From Cyanobacteriota bacterium (GTDB taxonomy: Bacteria; Cyanobacteriota; Cyanobacteriia; Thermostichales; Thermostichaceae): a stretch of DNA of 64,000 nucleotides. A program made the position numbers and the translations under genes. Location of the stretch: NCBI GenBank assembly GCA_033764955.1, contig JANRIL010000044.1, positions 1-64,000 on the forward strand. Reading direction: 5' to 3'. The notes under the pieces were generated by a model. It had not been told where the DNA came from. It did not search any database and saw nothing but the letters and a program-made list of their open reading frames with translations. This document shows, one piece after another, positions 19,201 through 28,670 of this stretch. The first letter of the stretch is position 1, and every line of letters starts with the position of its first letter.

Positions 19201-19741
19201 TGAGATGGCTTTGGCTTTGCAGACACTTCACCAGGGAGTTAATTTTCAAGGGAAGCACTTTACGTTTGTCCATCGGGATCTGAAACCTGCCAATATCTTT
19301 TTACTCTCCACTTCTGAAGAAAAAGAATCTATCAAGTTAGCTGATTTTGGGCTTGTTAAGATTCAGGGATCCCGCCAATTGGAAGATAACCCCGACGATC
19401 AAGGACGATTTATGGGAACTGCTCGCTATGCTGCCCCTGAACAATGTCAAGGGCGTGAAGAGATCGATGGGCGGGCAGATATCTATAGTTTGGGGGTGAT
19501 CTTTTATGAAATGCTTTCGGGTACTAACCCGTTTGGGCTGACCTCTCAAGCAAATGCGACACAATATCTCTTTTCTCATTTGCAAAAACAGCCAATTCCC
19601 TTTCCCACTTATCTGAAAATCCCAGCGTCGGTTACCGCCATCGTGATGCGTTGTCTGAAAAAAAATCCACAAGAGCGATATAGCAGCGGCTCTCAACTGA
19701 GTGCTGATTTGCAAACCTGTCTCACCAACTTGGGCGGCTAA
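16292..19741 (+). CDS. Membrane protein with two Hanks-type Ser/Thr kinase domains and a central TM plus bacterial PH-like region
   Basis: Both ends have GxGGMG, AVK, HRDLKPAN, DFG, (S/A)PEQ and DIYSLG; about 4-5 hydrophobic helices in the middle. Confidence 0.92.
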   Translation: MHPQEQDTWLGKTIGDDQRYLLDALLGQGGMGRVFKAIDQRLSTPEKLVYCAVKFILVDLGSDAGVKLRFQREMQTCALLRHPYIVEALDCGVIPMMVASQRKEFPFLVMELVDGSTLSQVLKQERRLDPRRAVKIARQVTQALQAVHKGVILDGKIMRFIHRDLKPANVFLLHPQTPQETVKLGDFGLVKAIGESGDQNLTRTGTFAGSPEYCSPEQFEEFKDVDARADIYSLGCILYRMVSGTNLFNLPGKLSFSEWVTAHYEHPVAPFRPELGIPEALQAVIFRCLEKDPEQRYASAQALDQALAVIAPTLTAATSPAPRTFAGDPSLNLTSLPTQTAPALDEIGEMLNRYYQSRSLTVQIKQQGSELGILINRPDEDPLDYPTLTTEISQHLATLNLEHIEKVKLFSRPQGRHQPDWQTQISLNALHPSSTLPQPRASDPESLTSKSSQTLESATDKDSFKLSDYCFVRNRLLLTTSLPDPEAEVGQAIRFFHELSLADQKITLEALTHFFKNLHQHKPEAESSYRLHLSLLLQQWLEGLEKLNERQLQSVAIWLSRYCLDPEKVLPRVTASFLAATEAAELAKQDPKLVGRKSQHPQKLKPEKVIYYARSHWIIFIWPTLLACLQLLVAYLELNLTPVVLLAWLDVMLSPTFLALFVILPILLYRAIGSVFKLIALLDPVKWLRTYPIAIVSTLVVIFLGFLPAFSVPPMWVWPIILILIFVAFILQFYQSSCAYNRSIMALTDQGRILIKSGEITPQDLINPQLESFRADEITEIKISQGSWQKLADFGSVRIMAEMRSSLTLYAVANPQQFKLTYQKQIAKLRQEKQNLQISQTIQRDPWINREIGVSNRYRLDSLIGTGGMGKVYKAFDQELYLTVAVKFMMIDGQRDPESLGRFDREMKASIYLQNDRVVKILNSGLMTHPETGQGSLPFLVMEYMAAPTLAQVLQQQPKFPVARTLHLINEMALALQTLHQGVNFQGKHFTFVHRDLKPANIFLLSTSEEKESIKLADFGLVKIQGSRQLEDNPDDQGRFMGTARYAAPEQCQGREEIDGRADIYSLGVIFYEMLSGTNPFGLTSQANATQYLFSHLQKQPIPFPTYLKIPASVTAIVMRCLKKNPQERYSSGSQLSADLQTCLTNLGG

Positions 19742-19806
19742 TGTTTTGAGTATCAGTGGTCTTTAGTAACTGTAGATTTCAGAATCAGTATTCTAAGGCT
19801 GGGGGA

Positions 19807-20457
19807 TCAGTAAACTACTTCGTAGTCTGCTTTTTCGGCACTATGTAGTTTCCAGTATTCTTCCGCAATCTTTTCGCTGCTGTATTTGGGATCCGCCCCA
19901 TTAATCGTGCCACAGATGGTGATTGTACCCACTTTGATGGCGGTTTCGGCCAGGGCAGCGTGAAGAGCATTAGCTAACACACGGATCCCGGCTTTGCCGA
20001 TGGAAAGGGAGACAAAATCGGGGTGAGGGTAGAGGGCGAACCCGCCTCCAGTGAATAGGATCGTTCCCTGATTGTGGGACTGCATAGCGGGCAATACCGC
20101 TTCTACCGCCACGATCGCCCCAGCCACATTGGCGCGAAAATCATTCACTAAGGTGTCAAAACCCGTTTGCAGAACACTTTCCATGCGGGGAACCGCAGCG
20201 TTGTAAACCAGCACGGAGGGATCCCCCAGTTGGCTTTTCAGGCTGCTAAAGGCGGCTGTCACCGCTAGGGGATCCCCAGCGTCCGCCACAAAAGAATGAG
20301 CCGAGTAGCCCAGGGCAGCTAGCTTCTCTTGATAGCCTTGCAACTTAGCGGCATCACGAGCCAGCATGGCAATGGCAAACCCTTCTCTGGCAAAGCGTTG
20401 AGCAATTGCCATACCATTGCCTTCACCCATGCCGACAATCACGCAAATCTTGGTCAT
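19807..20457 (-). CDS. Short-chain dehydrogenase/reductase
   Basis: VGMGEGNG Rossmann motif, LVYNAA, LSIGKAG. Confidence 0.9.
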   Translation of the reverse strand: MTKICVIVGMGEGNGMAIAQRFAREGFAIAMLARDAAKLQGYQEKLAALGYSAHSFVADAGDPLAVTAAFSSLKSQLGDPSVLVYNAAVPRMESVLQTGFDTLVNDFRANVAGAIVAVEAVLPAMQSHNQGTILFTGGGFALYPHPDFVSLSIGKAGIRVLANALHAALAETAIKVGTITICGTINGADPKYSSEKIAEEYWKLHSAEKADYEVVY

Positions 20458-20489
20458 TCTTGGTCGCTCCTCCCTAGATTTTGTGGATA

Positions 20490-21077
20490 TTACTGGGCGC
20501 GAGTAAAGCGTTGCTCCACAAAGAGAAACTCTGACTCTCCCGGAAATTTGGCAAAGATGCGCTGTACATTGCGATCGGGGTCGAGGATCTCAAACTCAAA
20601 CCGCAATTCCCGCTTCCGCCCACTGGGTTCGGATCCCAGCCCAGCCTCGGTACTCTCCCCAAGCATGGAAAATTTGTTAGGAGTTTCATCCCCGCGTCCG
20701 GCATAAACCATCTGCCCCGGCTCGAAGGTATCAACCGTTACTAACTCAAAGCGACCTTCCAGGTTGTTGTAGCCCAAAATGCCATCCCGTGCCGAGGGGT
20801 TGCCCGCAAATACCCCCCGCAGCTCTTCATAAATATACCGACCGTCCAAGATCTTGCGGCGGCTAGCTCGGAGATCCTTCGAGGTGATCGGCTCAGCGCC
20901 CGCCTCAGGATATACCAGCATTTCGACGGTCCACTCCCCCACCAACGGATCCAACCAGGTGTGCTTTTCTCCCGGCATGGCTAGGCGGGCAGAAGCAGGC
21001 ATCTCTGAAGTTTGCCCCAACACAGGGGATCCCGTTATAGTCAGTGCCAAAAGATAGGCCACAATACTTCTTTTCAT
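20490..21077 (-). CDS. DUF1579-like exported protein
   Basis: Signal peptide; PGEKHTWLDPLVGEW, ILDGRY, GYNN. Confidence 0.75.
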   Translation of the reverse strand: MKRSIVAYLLALTITGSPVLGQTSEMPASARLAMPGEKHTWLDPLVGEWTVEMLVYPEAGAEPITSKDLRASRRKILDGRYIYEELRGVFAGNPSARDGILGYNNLEGRFELVTVDTFEPGQMVYAGRGDETPNKFSMLGESTEAGLGSEPSGRKRELRFEFEILDPDRNVQRIFAKFPGESEFLFVEQRFTRAQ

Positions 21078-21141
21078 AGCGACATAACTCCAATTCAAAA
21101 ACAGTCAATCAACGCAAGTAATGACTTAATGAAAGAAAAAA

Positions 21142-21588
21142 TTATCTCAAGATCAAAGGAGTCAAAACGGGAGCCATTAACATTTCAAACTCAAGATTGG
21201 TGGCACTGACAATATTCTCGATGATTTTGACGTTTTGCAGCCGCATCACATGGGTTTCATCAAAGGTGATCACTCGCTGGGTAGCAGCCATCCCAAAAAA
21301 GTCTTTGGTATGTTGCTGAACCGATTGAAAGCGCACCACCACTCGCTCGTCAGTCGCAAATATATCCAGAATTTTCAGGGGTTCGACCTGAGGGAATGCC
21401 TCCCGAAAACTGCCAAAAACCTGCACATATTCTTCAATGCCATCAATCGGGCCACTGGGTTTTAAGCCCGTGAAGACTTGCACCCGATTATCCAAAACTT
21501 GGGGAGCAATACTAAGATTGCCGTGACCCAAATACCCCTCCACAAATTGACGCGCCACCTCTAGGTTAGTCCTTGTTTGTTCGGTCAT
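21142..21588 (-). CDS. SnoaL-like / ester cyclase family protein
   Basis: NLEVARQFVE...FREAFP...VVVRF...HTKDFFGMAAT. Confidence 0.85.
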   Translation of the reverse strand: MTEQTRTNLEVARQFVEGYLGHGNLSIAPQVLDNRVQVFTGLKPSGPIDGIEEYVQVFGSFREAFPQVEPLKILDIFATDERVVVRFQSVQQHTKDFFGMAATQRVITFDETHVMRLQNVKIIENIVSATNLEFEMLMAPVLTPLILR

Positions 21589-21772
21589 GAATAGACTCCT
21601 AAAAATGAGGGAATAGTACTCCTCACCAACCCAAGAAAACTCAACAAACCAAATAATTGATCAAAGCGATGTAACAATTTCTATCTATTAACTAAATTAG
21701 TGACAGAATAGATATAAGTCAAATCGAACTTAACAATAAAATTCATCAATAAAATCAATACTAAGCTTACGC

Positions 21773-22693
21773 ATGGAATCCATAGACTTAAGTTCTGTAG
21801 ACCTGAACTTGCTAGTGGCCTTTGAAGCCCTCTTTACCGAACAGAGTGTGACGGCGGCGGCTCAACGGTTGCACATTGGGCAACCCGCCATGAGTGCGGC
21901 TCTGGCTAGGTTGCGCGTTTTGTTAGGAGATGAGTTGTTTGTGCGGGTGGGGCGGCAGATGAGACCCACTCCCAGAGCAACGGAGCTGGCTCCGGCTATT
22001 CGGCAAGCTCTCACCCAGATTCGTCAGCTTTTGACAACCAGCCAGCCGTTTGATCCGATCACCGCTCAACGCAATTTTGTCATCGGCAGTTCCGACTATT
22101 TCACCACCTGGCTCGCTCCCCACCTGATTCAAGCCAGCCAGGGATCCCAACGGGGGTTGACCTGGGAACTCACCCACTTTCATAAAGAGGAGGTGCCAGC
22201 CCTGTTAGAGCGGGGGGGGATTGATGTGGCGCTGGGCACTTTTACGGATTTACCATCGGGGATCCACCAGCAACCCTTGATCGAGGAGCGCCTGGTGGGC
22301 ATCTGTCGCCCTGGACATCCCGCTTTGCACCCCAACCTCTCGGATGTGGAGTATGCCGCCATGCCCCATGCCCTGTTTACGCTGCGGCGGGATCGGGTCG
22401 GTGAGGTGGATCGGGTGTTGGCACAACGGCAGCTACGGCGGCGGATCGTCTTGACCACCTCCTATTTTTTGGTGCTGCCCTCGATGATGGCGGCTAGTGA
22501 TTTGGTGTCCGCCGTGCCGTTGCATTTGGCACGACACTTTCAGGAGCAAGGGTTGGTAGAGCTGTTTGAGCTACCGGTGGCGACGGAGCCGTGGATGATC
22601 TCGCTGATCTGGAGTCGATTGCTGGATCAAGATCCCGCCCATCAATGGTTGCGTCAGTTGATCCAGCAATCGGTTACTCGTTTATCCGACTAA
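21773..22693 (+). CDS. LysR-family transcriptional regulator (NodD-like)
   Basis: DLNLLVAFEAL...SVTAAAQRLHIGQPAMSAALARLR...DELFVR; DPAHQWLR. Confidence 0.95.
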   Translation: MESIDLSSVDLNLLVAFEALFTEQSVTAAAQRLHIGQPAMSAALARLRVLLGDELFVRVGRQMRPTPRATELAPAIRQALTQIRQLLTTSQPFDPITAQRNFVIGSSDYFTTWLAPHLIQASQGSQRGLTWELTHFHKEEVPALLERGGIDVALGTFTDLPSGIHQQPLIEERLVGICRPGHPALHPNLSDVEYAAMPHALFTLRRDRVGEVDRVLAQRQLRRRIVLTTSYFLVLPSMMAASDLVSAVPLHLARHFQEQGLVELFELPVATEPWMISLIWSRLLDQDPAHQWLRQLIQQSVTRLSD

Positions 22694-22702
22694 AATGGCA
22701 GC

Positions 22703-23797
22703 CTAGAGTTGTTTTTGAATTTGGTCAAAGATGGCTCCGTCATCAAAGAACTTTTCCTGAATAACATCCCATCCCTGCAAATCTTCCACAGTAAATAGTG
22801 TCTCAACCGGAGCAAATTTGTTTTGGAACCCTTCTAGTTCTTTTTCATCCACAGGACGAAACCCAACTGAAGCAAAGATCCGTTGGACTTCAGGAGTATA
22901 GAGATAGTTGACAAATGCCTCAGCTACTTCTCGCGTTCCTTTTTTATCAACCACGGCATCCACCACTGCGATTGGATTGTCAATGGAGATGTTGACTTTG
23001 GGGACAACGTAGGTCAATTTATCTCCATTTAGCTCCGCCAATAGCACCTCATTTTCATAGTTGATCAGAGCATCTCCCTGATTTTTCTTGACAAAAATAT
23101 CAGTGGCTTCTCGAGCATCCCTCGGCAAAATCGGCACATTCTGATAAACCTGTGTGACAAATTCCTGCGCCTGGGCGTCATCTCCACCCGTTTGGGTGAC
23201 GGATCCCCACAATCCCAGGAAATTCCAACGGGCACCACCGGAGGTTTTGGGGTTAGCCGTCACCACTCGAATTTCTGGTTTAGCCAGATCTGCCCAATCT
23301 TGGATCCCTTGGGGATTGCCATCGCGGGTTACAATCACCGCCACCGAACGGGTGATAATCCCGCCGTAGGGAACTTCTTCCTCCCATCCCTCATCGATTA
23401 AGCCTGCCTCTTCAATGCGTTGGGTATCAAGGGCCAGCGCCAATGCCACCACATCTGCCTCTAGCCCGTCGATCACGGCACGAGCCTGGGATCCCGATCC
23501 GCCATAACTGGTATCAATGGTTACTTGCTGTCCTGTCTTTTGTTTCCAGTCTTCCACGAATTTCGGAATGATCCGGTCATAGGCGGCTTTGGTCACAGCA
23601 AAAGAAACCAGGGTCAAATTCACCTCGTTTTCCTGGGCTTGGGCGATCAGAGAAAGGCTGGAATGGCTTCCCGTCAGCCCTAAGCCGATCACTAAGGCTC
23701 CACTAATTGCCCAAAAGCTCTGACGAATACCACGATTCCACAACGACGCTGGCATATGCTCCATCCTTAACAATGTTTCAGAAAAATGTTCAGACAT
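22703..23797 (-). CDS. sbpA: Sulfate ABC transporter substrate-binding protein
   Basis: SYGGSGSQARAVIDGLEADVV, NPKTSGGARWNFL, AREAT, INYENE. Confidence 0.95.
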   Translation of the reverse strand: MSEHFSETLLRMEHMPASLWNRGIRQSFWAISGALVIGLGLTGSHSSLSLIAQAQENEVNLTLVSFAVTKAAYDRIIPKFVEDWKQKTGQQVTIDTSYGGSGSQARAVIDGLEADVVALALALDTQRIEEAGLIDEGWEEEVPYGGIITRSVAVIVTRDGNPQGIQDWADLAKPEIRVVTANPKTSGGARWNFLGLWGSVTQTGGDDAQAQEFVTQVYQNVPILPRDAREATDIFVKKNQGDALINYENEVLLAELNGDKLTYVVPKVNISIDNPIAVVDAVVDKKGTREVAEAFVNYLYTPEVQRIFASVGFRPVDEKELEGFQNKFAPVETLFTVEDLQGWDVIQEKFFDDGAIFDQIQKQL

Positions 23798-24163
23798 GGC
23801 CGATAGAGGCTGGTTGATGGATCCACCCGCCCATTACCCCCCTTTTCCCCTGACAGCGGCTAGGTTGGGGTTGACAGGTCTAGATACTCCGGTAGCTCTA
23901 TCGACTTACTGGTGTTTATATGAGTTTATGTGAATCTCATTTGCAGCGCAAGACAAATGTAGAATTTTTCTGTTTGAGGCAGACTGGAATCCTATGCTAA
24001 GTTGAGTTTGTGCTCTGCTCTAATGCGCTGACTGCCTTGGCCAGCTAAGGGATAGTTAGGATCGCCTGAGATAGCTTGGTGAAAGCATGGTTGCCGTTCT
24101 CGAAATCGGCTGGCATCAGACATAGGCATCAGAAATAATAGAGATACCTTTTGGCGACCAACC

Positions 24164-24580
24164 ATGCGAAAGCGCGTCACGCTCATTTTTCCTCGCCACC
24201 TGGTGAATGTGCCCCTCACCTATCGCTTAGCCAAAGATTTTGATGTGGCGGCCAATATTGTGCGTGCTAGGGTGGCACCCGACGAGGTGGGAACCTTGGT
24301 AGTGGAACTTTCTGGGGATATTGATCAGGTGGAAGCCAGCCTAGAATGGGCACGTTCCCTGGGCATTGAAGTCGCCGAACGTACCCGCGAGATTCAAATT
24401 GACCCAGAGCGCTGTGTGGATTGTGGGTTATGCACGGGGGTTTGCCCTACCGAGGCTCTGCGTATTCATCCCCCCGACTGGAAGCTGGAGTTTCTGCGGA
24501 ATCGCTGTGTGATTTGTGAGCAGTGCATTCCCAGTTGCCCAGTCATGGCGATTTCCTTGGGATCCCCGATAGCGCTCTAG
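24164..24580 (+). CDS. NIL-domain 2x[4Fe-4S] ferredoxin
   Basis: N-terminal NIL-like region; CVDCGLCTGVCP and CVICEQCIPSCP. Confidence 0.92.
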   Translation: MRKRVTLIFPRHLVNVPLTYRLAKDFDVAANIVRARVAPDEVGTLVVELSGDIDQVEASLEWARSLGIEVAERTREIQIDPERCVDCGLCTGVCPTEALRIHPPDWKLEFLRNRCVICEQCIPSCPVMAISLGSPIAL

Positions 24581-24616
24581 ATTGGCGCTAACACTCTGTA
24601 TATGGATAGGTTTGAA

Positions 24617-25015
24617 ATGATTGAATCTCTCGATCACCTCGTTCTAACCGTCAGCAATCTGAGAGCTACTCTTGACTTCTACACCCATGTGATGGGGATG
24701 GAAGTGATAACGTTCGGACAAGAACAGGGGGAAGGCAGAAAAGCCCTCCGGTTTGGGCAACAAAAAATGAATCTACATGAACAAGGCAAGGAATGGGATC
24801 CAAAAGCAGCCCATCCCCTACCCGGTTCAGCGGATCTCTGCTTTATCACCCAACAACCTTTATCGTCGGTGATGGCGGATCTAGAGAGAAAGGGAGTTGC
24901 TGTACTGCTAGGCCCCGTCATGCGAACCGGAGCAATGGGAGTAATGGGATCCATTTATTTTCGGGATCCCGATGGCAACCTGATCGAACTGGCTAATTAT
25001 TCCCATGGGGGATAG
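24617..25015 (+). CDS. VOC/glyoxalase family protein
   Basis: LDHLVLTV, QKMNLH, PGSADLCF, SIYFRDPDGNLIEL. Confidence 0.92.
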   Translation: MIESLDHLVLTVSNLRATLDFYTHVMGMEVITFGQEQGEGRKALRFGQQKMNLHEQGKEWDPKAAHPLPGSADLCFITQQPLSSVMADLERKGVAVLLGPVMRTGAMGVMGSIYFRDPDGNLIELANYSHGG

Positions 25016-25111
25016 GGTTGCTATTCTGACTGGTTGTTCTGAAGCATTGTGTTAACCCAAACCTTGAGAGGGGCTATCATCCACCTTTTATCAAGCGGTC
25101 ATCGGGATGGC

Positions 25112-25591
25112 TTAGGCTAAAAATCGACCGGACTTCCCCCCCACTTTTTCCCGCAGATGGATCCCCTCGATGCGGATCGTCTTTTCCAGCGCTTTAGCCA
25201 TGTCATAAAGGGTGAGAGCGGCCACTGATACAGCGGTGAGCGCCTCCATTTCTACTCCTGTGGCCGCCGTGGTTTTGACCGTAGCCACAATCTGATACCC
25301 CGGTAAATCTTTATCCGCCTCGATTGCCACTTGGATCCCGGTCAGGGGTAGCGGGTGGCAGAGGGGAATCAATTCCGAGGTGCGCTTTGCTGCCATGATC
25401 CCCGCTAGGCGGGCGGTTTCCACGACATTGCCCTTAGTAGTCTGTCCGGCGGTGATGGCGGCGAGGGTGTCTGCCTGCATGCGCACCTGTCCGATAGCCG
25501 TCGCTTGGCGAAAGCTGGGGGACTTGTCCGTTACATCCACCATCTGAACGTGGCCGGCTTCATCCAGATGGCTTAGTCCCACCTCACCCAC
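25112..25591 (-). CDS. moaC: Cyclic pyranopterin monophosphate synthase MoaC
   Basis: LSHLD...[34 protein letters not shown]. Confidence 0.96.
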   Translation of the reverse strand: MGEVGLSHLDEAGHVQMVDVTDKSPSFRQATAIGQVRMQADTLAAITAGQTTKGNVVETARLAGIMAAKRTSELIPLCHPLPLTGIQVAIEADKDLPGYQIVATVKTTAATGVEMEALTAVSVAALTLYDMAKALEKTIRIEGIHLREKVGGKSGRFLA

Positions 25592-26073
25592 TAGTAACGC
25601 ACCCAGGTATAGGCGGCATCCGACAGCACCGGCACCTCGGCATAACGACCGCGCCCACTCTGCACTACCGCAAAAAGGCTAACCCCCACAATGCCCAAAA
25701 AGACGGTTGTCGCAACGGTTTGTAAGAGTAAACCGAGGGGTAATCCCGCAAAGATACTAGCCACTAGTTGCATGAGAATGCCGGCCAAAAACACAACAAT
25801 ATCCAGCAAGAGAGCTTGCATGGTGTTGAAGCGAATGAAATGGGCAATGCGGGTGTTGCGAATCACCAAAAATAACAGCAGAAAAAAGACCAGCAGGGAT
25901 CCCATGCCTGTGGCTAAGGGCAGCAGGCGAAACAAAGGGGAAAACAACACCGCCAAAACAGGAATCGTCTGAAAGAGGGAAGCCCCAAAAGGAATGACTG
26001 CCAAGATCGGCAGCAGATAAGGCAAAGCTCCAAAAATGCGATGGTTGGGTTGAATATCGCCGCGCCAAGTCAT
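25591..26073 (-). CDS. Tic20 family membrane protein
   Basis: MTWRG...[39 protein letters not shown]. Confidence 0.92.
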   Translation of the reverse strand: MTWRGDIQPNHRIFGALPYLLPILAVIPFGASLFQTIPVLAVLFSPLFRLLPLATGMGSLLVFFLLLFLVIRNTRIAHFIRFNTMQALLLDIVVFLAGILMQLVASIFAGLPLGLLLQTVATTVFLGIVGVSLFAVVQSGRGRYAEVPVLSDAAYTWVRY

Positions 26074-26162
26074 GACTGGTTGATCCCTTTGTCGATAGTG
26101 TGCCGGATCCTTCTCAGGAGATGGGATTATTCTAGCCCTTCCGCTCGGTGCCTCACCAATAC

Positions 26163-27131
26163 TCAAGCCCGTAGTAGCTGATGGCCTGCAAAATCCCCCA
26201 AAATTCTCACCTCTGGCTCCAGCAAGAGCGACCATTGGCGAAAAACTTGCTCCTGAATGTGGCGGATCAAATGATGCACATCCATGGCGGAGGCTTGATC
26301 GAGGTTAAGAATAAAGTTGGCATGACGCTCCGCCACTTGGGCGCGACCAATTTGATGTCCTTTCAGACCAGCCTGCTCGATCAACCAACCTGCCGTGTGG
26401 GATTGAGGATTGCGAAAAACACTGCCACAACTGGGCAAGTCATAGGGCTGAGAACGGCGGCGTTGCTCCCAGTTGGCCTGGGTGTGCGCCCATATCGCTG
26501 TCGGATCCCCAGTGGGGTGTAGCTGAAAGTAGGCTCCCGTCACCACCCAAGAGCGCCCCTGCAAAAGCGAATAACGGTAGCCAAAAGCTAGCTCTGGCAC
26601 CGATAGAGTGCGCAGGTGATGATCATCATCCAAGACCGTCACCTCGGTTAGGGTGTCGGCGGTGGCCCAGCCGTGGGCACCCGCATTCATCACGACGGCT
26701 CCCCCCACGCTGCCAGGGATCCCAATCCCCCATTCCAGGCCGCTCCAACCCTGCTGAGCTGCCAGCCGCACCACTTTGACTAAAGGTTCTCCGGCGGCAG
26801 CCCACAACCGTCCCTCTCCCAAAATCCGAATGCCATGTAGCTTGCGGGTGTTGAGCACCACCCCCCCTAAGCCGCTGTCACTGATCAACAGGTTACTGCC
26901 TGCCCCCAATACCGTCACCGGCATCCCCTGCTCGTCGGCCCAGCCCAAAAGTTGTTGAAGATCCGCAAGGGTACGGGGTTCGCCATACCATTCCGCCAGC
27001 CCTCCCACCCGAAACGTCGTCAAGGGAGCCAGATAAACATCTCGGCGCAATAACCCCTGTCCCTCTCTGCCCAGTAGAGGATCCCCCCGCTCAGGGGAGG
27101 CAGGAGATTGTGGCTGATCCATCGAGATCAT
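26163..27131 (-). CDS. murB: UDP-N-acetylmuramate dehydrogenase
   Basis: TTFRVGG, GAGSNLL, GIPGSVGGAVVMNAGA, SCGSVFRNP, HANFI. Confidence 0.96.
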   Translation of the reverse strand: MISMDQPQSPASPERGDPLLGREGQGLLRRDVYLAPLTTFRVGGLAEWYGEPRTLADLQQLLGWADEQGMPVTVLGAGSNLLISDSGLGGVVLNTRKLHGIRILGEGRLWAAAGEPLVKVVRLAAQQGWSGLEWGIGIPGSVGGAVVMNAGAHGWATADTLTEVTVLDDDHHLRTLSVPELAFGYRYSLLQGRSWVVTGAYFQLHPTGDPTAIWAHTQANWEQRRRSQPYDLPSCGSVFRNPQSHTAGWLIEQAGLKGHQIGRAQVAERHANFILNLDQASAMDVHHLIRHIQEQVFRQWSLLLEPEVRILGDFAGHQLLRA

Positions 27132-28534
27132 GACACCAACACCTCGGCGGTAGGCACTAAAGAGGCTTCTCGCTTTTGTGAATATGCTTTGATTGTGGCG
27201 GGAATTTGTTGATTGAGATCACCAGCCCCCAAAAAGATCACTACATCTTCTGGTTGTAGGCGACTGGCTAACGACTCCCCCAAATTAGCCAAAACAGGCT
27301 CGTAATACACCTCCCCATGCCACTGGGAAATGGCCGCCGCCAGCTTGAGGCTGCCACTCTGGGCGGGATCCACCTCTCCGGCTGCGTAGGTAGGGGTGAT
27401 CACTACCACATCCGCCTGCTCAAACGCATGAACAAAGTCGTGAAACAGAGAAGCAAGCCGACTATGGCGATGGGGCTGAAAAACCGCGACCACCCGCCGT
27501 TGTTGCAGACGAGCCGCCGTTAACGTGGCCTGAATTTCACTGGGATGATGGGCGTAGTCATCGATGAAGACCACCTCCCCCACCTGCCCTTTGCGTTCAA
27601 AGCGGCGATGGGCACCCACAAATTCTGCCAAAGCTTGGGCAATCAAGGGGAATGGTAAGCCCAGATGCCGACCCACCGCTACTGCTGCCAGTGCATTACT
27701 GAGGTTATGGGATCCCAACACCTGCAAAGATAGGTGCCCTAGATGACTGCCTTGCTCCCAGATCTCCGCCTGCGTACCCGCTGGAGAATAAACGATCTGC
27801 TTGGCTTGATAGGCCGCTTGGGGGTGATCGGCGATACTATAGCCCAACCCCACTGGCAAGTGAGCCGCCACATTCGGACAATCGAGGGAAGCCACGACCA
27901 CCTGACACTGCTGGGCGTAGTGCTGAAAAGCCATGATCACCTGCTCCAGACTGGTATAGTGATCGGGGTGATCCAGTTCGATATTGGTGATCACGCCAAT
28001 CTGGGGATAGAGGTGTACCAGCGATCCATCCGATTCATCCACCTCCGCCACCCAATACTCCCCTTGACCAAGTCGGGCATTGCCCCCCCACGCATCCACC
28101 TCACCCCCAATGATCAAGGTGGGATCCCAACCTGCCTTCAGCAACATATAGCCAATCATGCTACTGGTGGTGGTCTTGCCGTGGGTGCCGGCTACGCCGA
28201 TGCTGGGGCGATCATTAAAAATTTTGGCCAGCAAATCGGCTCGATGATAAATCTGTAACCCGCGAGCCAGTGCGGCGGCAATTTCTGGGTTGTTGGTGCG
28301 AATGGCGCTGGAGTAGATGACCTGGGGATCCCCTTGCAAATGCTCAGCAGCATGGCCTTGATAGATGTCAACCCCCAAAGATTGCAATTGGTCGGTACGA
28401 GCATTGCGGGAGAGATCGGAGCCAGCCACCTGATGGCCTTGCTTGACCAAAATATGGGCTAGGGCGGACATGCCGACACCGCCAATCCCGATGAAATGAT
28501 AGGATCCCGGCCTTGAGGCATCTTGGGTACTCAC
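27128..28534 (-). CDS. murC: UDP-N-acetylmuramate--L-alanine ligase
   Basis: HFIGIGGVGMS, GTHGKTTT, EVDESDGS, DDYAHHPSEI, FQPHR. Confidence 0.96.
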   Translation of the reverse strand: MSTQDASRPGSYHFIGIGGVGMSALAHILVKQGHQVAGSDLSRNARTDQLQSLGVDIYQGHAAEHLQGDPQVIYSSAIRTNNPEIAAALARGLQIYHRADLLAKIFNDRPSIGVAGTHGKTTTSSMIGYMLLKAGWDPTLIIGGEVDAWGGNARLGQGEYWVAEVDESDGSLVHLYPQIGVITNIELDHPDHYTSLEQVIMAFQHYAQQCQVVVASLDCPNVAAHLPVGLGYSIADHPQAAYQAKQIVYSPAGTQAEIWEQGSHLGHLSLQVLGSHNLSNALAAVAVGRHLGLPFPLIAQALAEFVGAHRRFERKGQVGEVVFIDDYAHHPSEIQATLTAARLQQRRVVAVFQPHRHSRLASLFHDFVHAFEQADVVVITPTYAAGEVDPAQSGSLKLAAAISQWHGEVYYEPVLANLGESLASRLQPEDVVIFLGAGDLNQQIPATIKAYSQKREASLVPTAEVLVS

Positions 28535-28670
28535 TCGCGCTCACTCCTGACACCACACCTAATATCAGGGCACATAATACCAATAAATGCCTATGGGCGG
28601 TAGATTATCCGGTTGCTTTTGCGGAGCTAGGGCAACTCATAACAGGTGGTTTTGTCCCATTGACTCTGCT

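Noticed and set aside
23990..24160. Possible SAM riboswitch near the sulfur genes (CGGCAACC on minus strand)
   Set aside because: The other SAM-I elements (ATCnAGAG, GAGGGA, GGTGC) are missing
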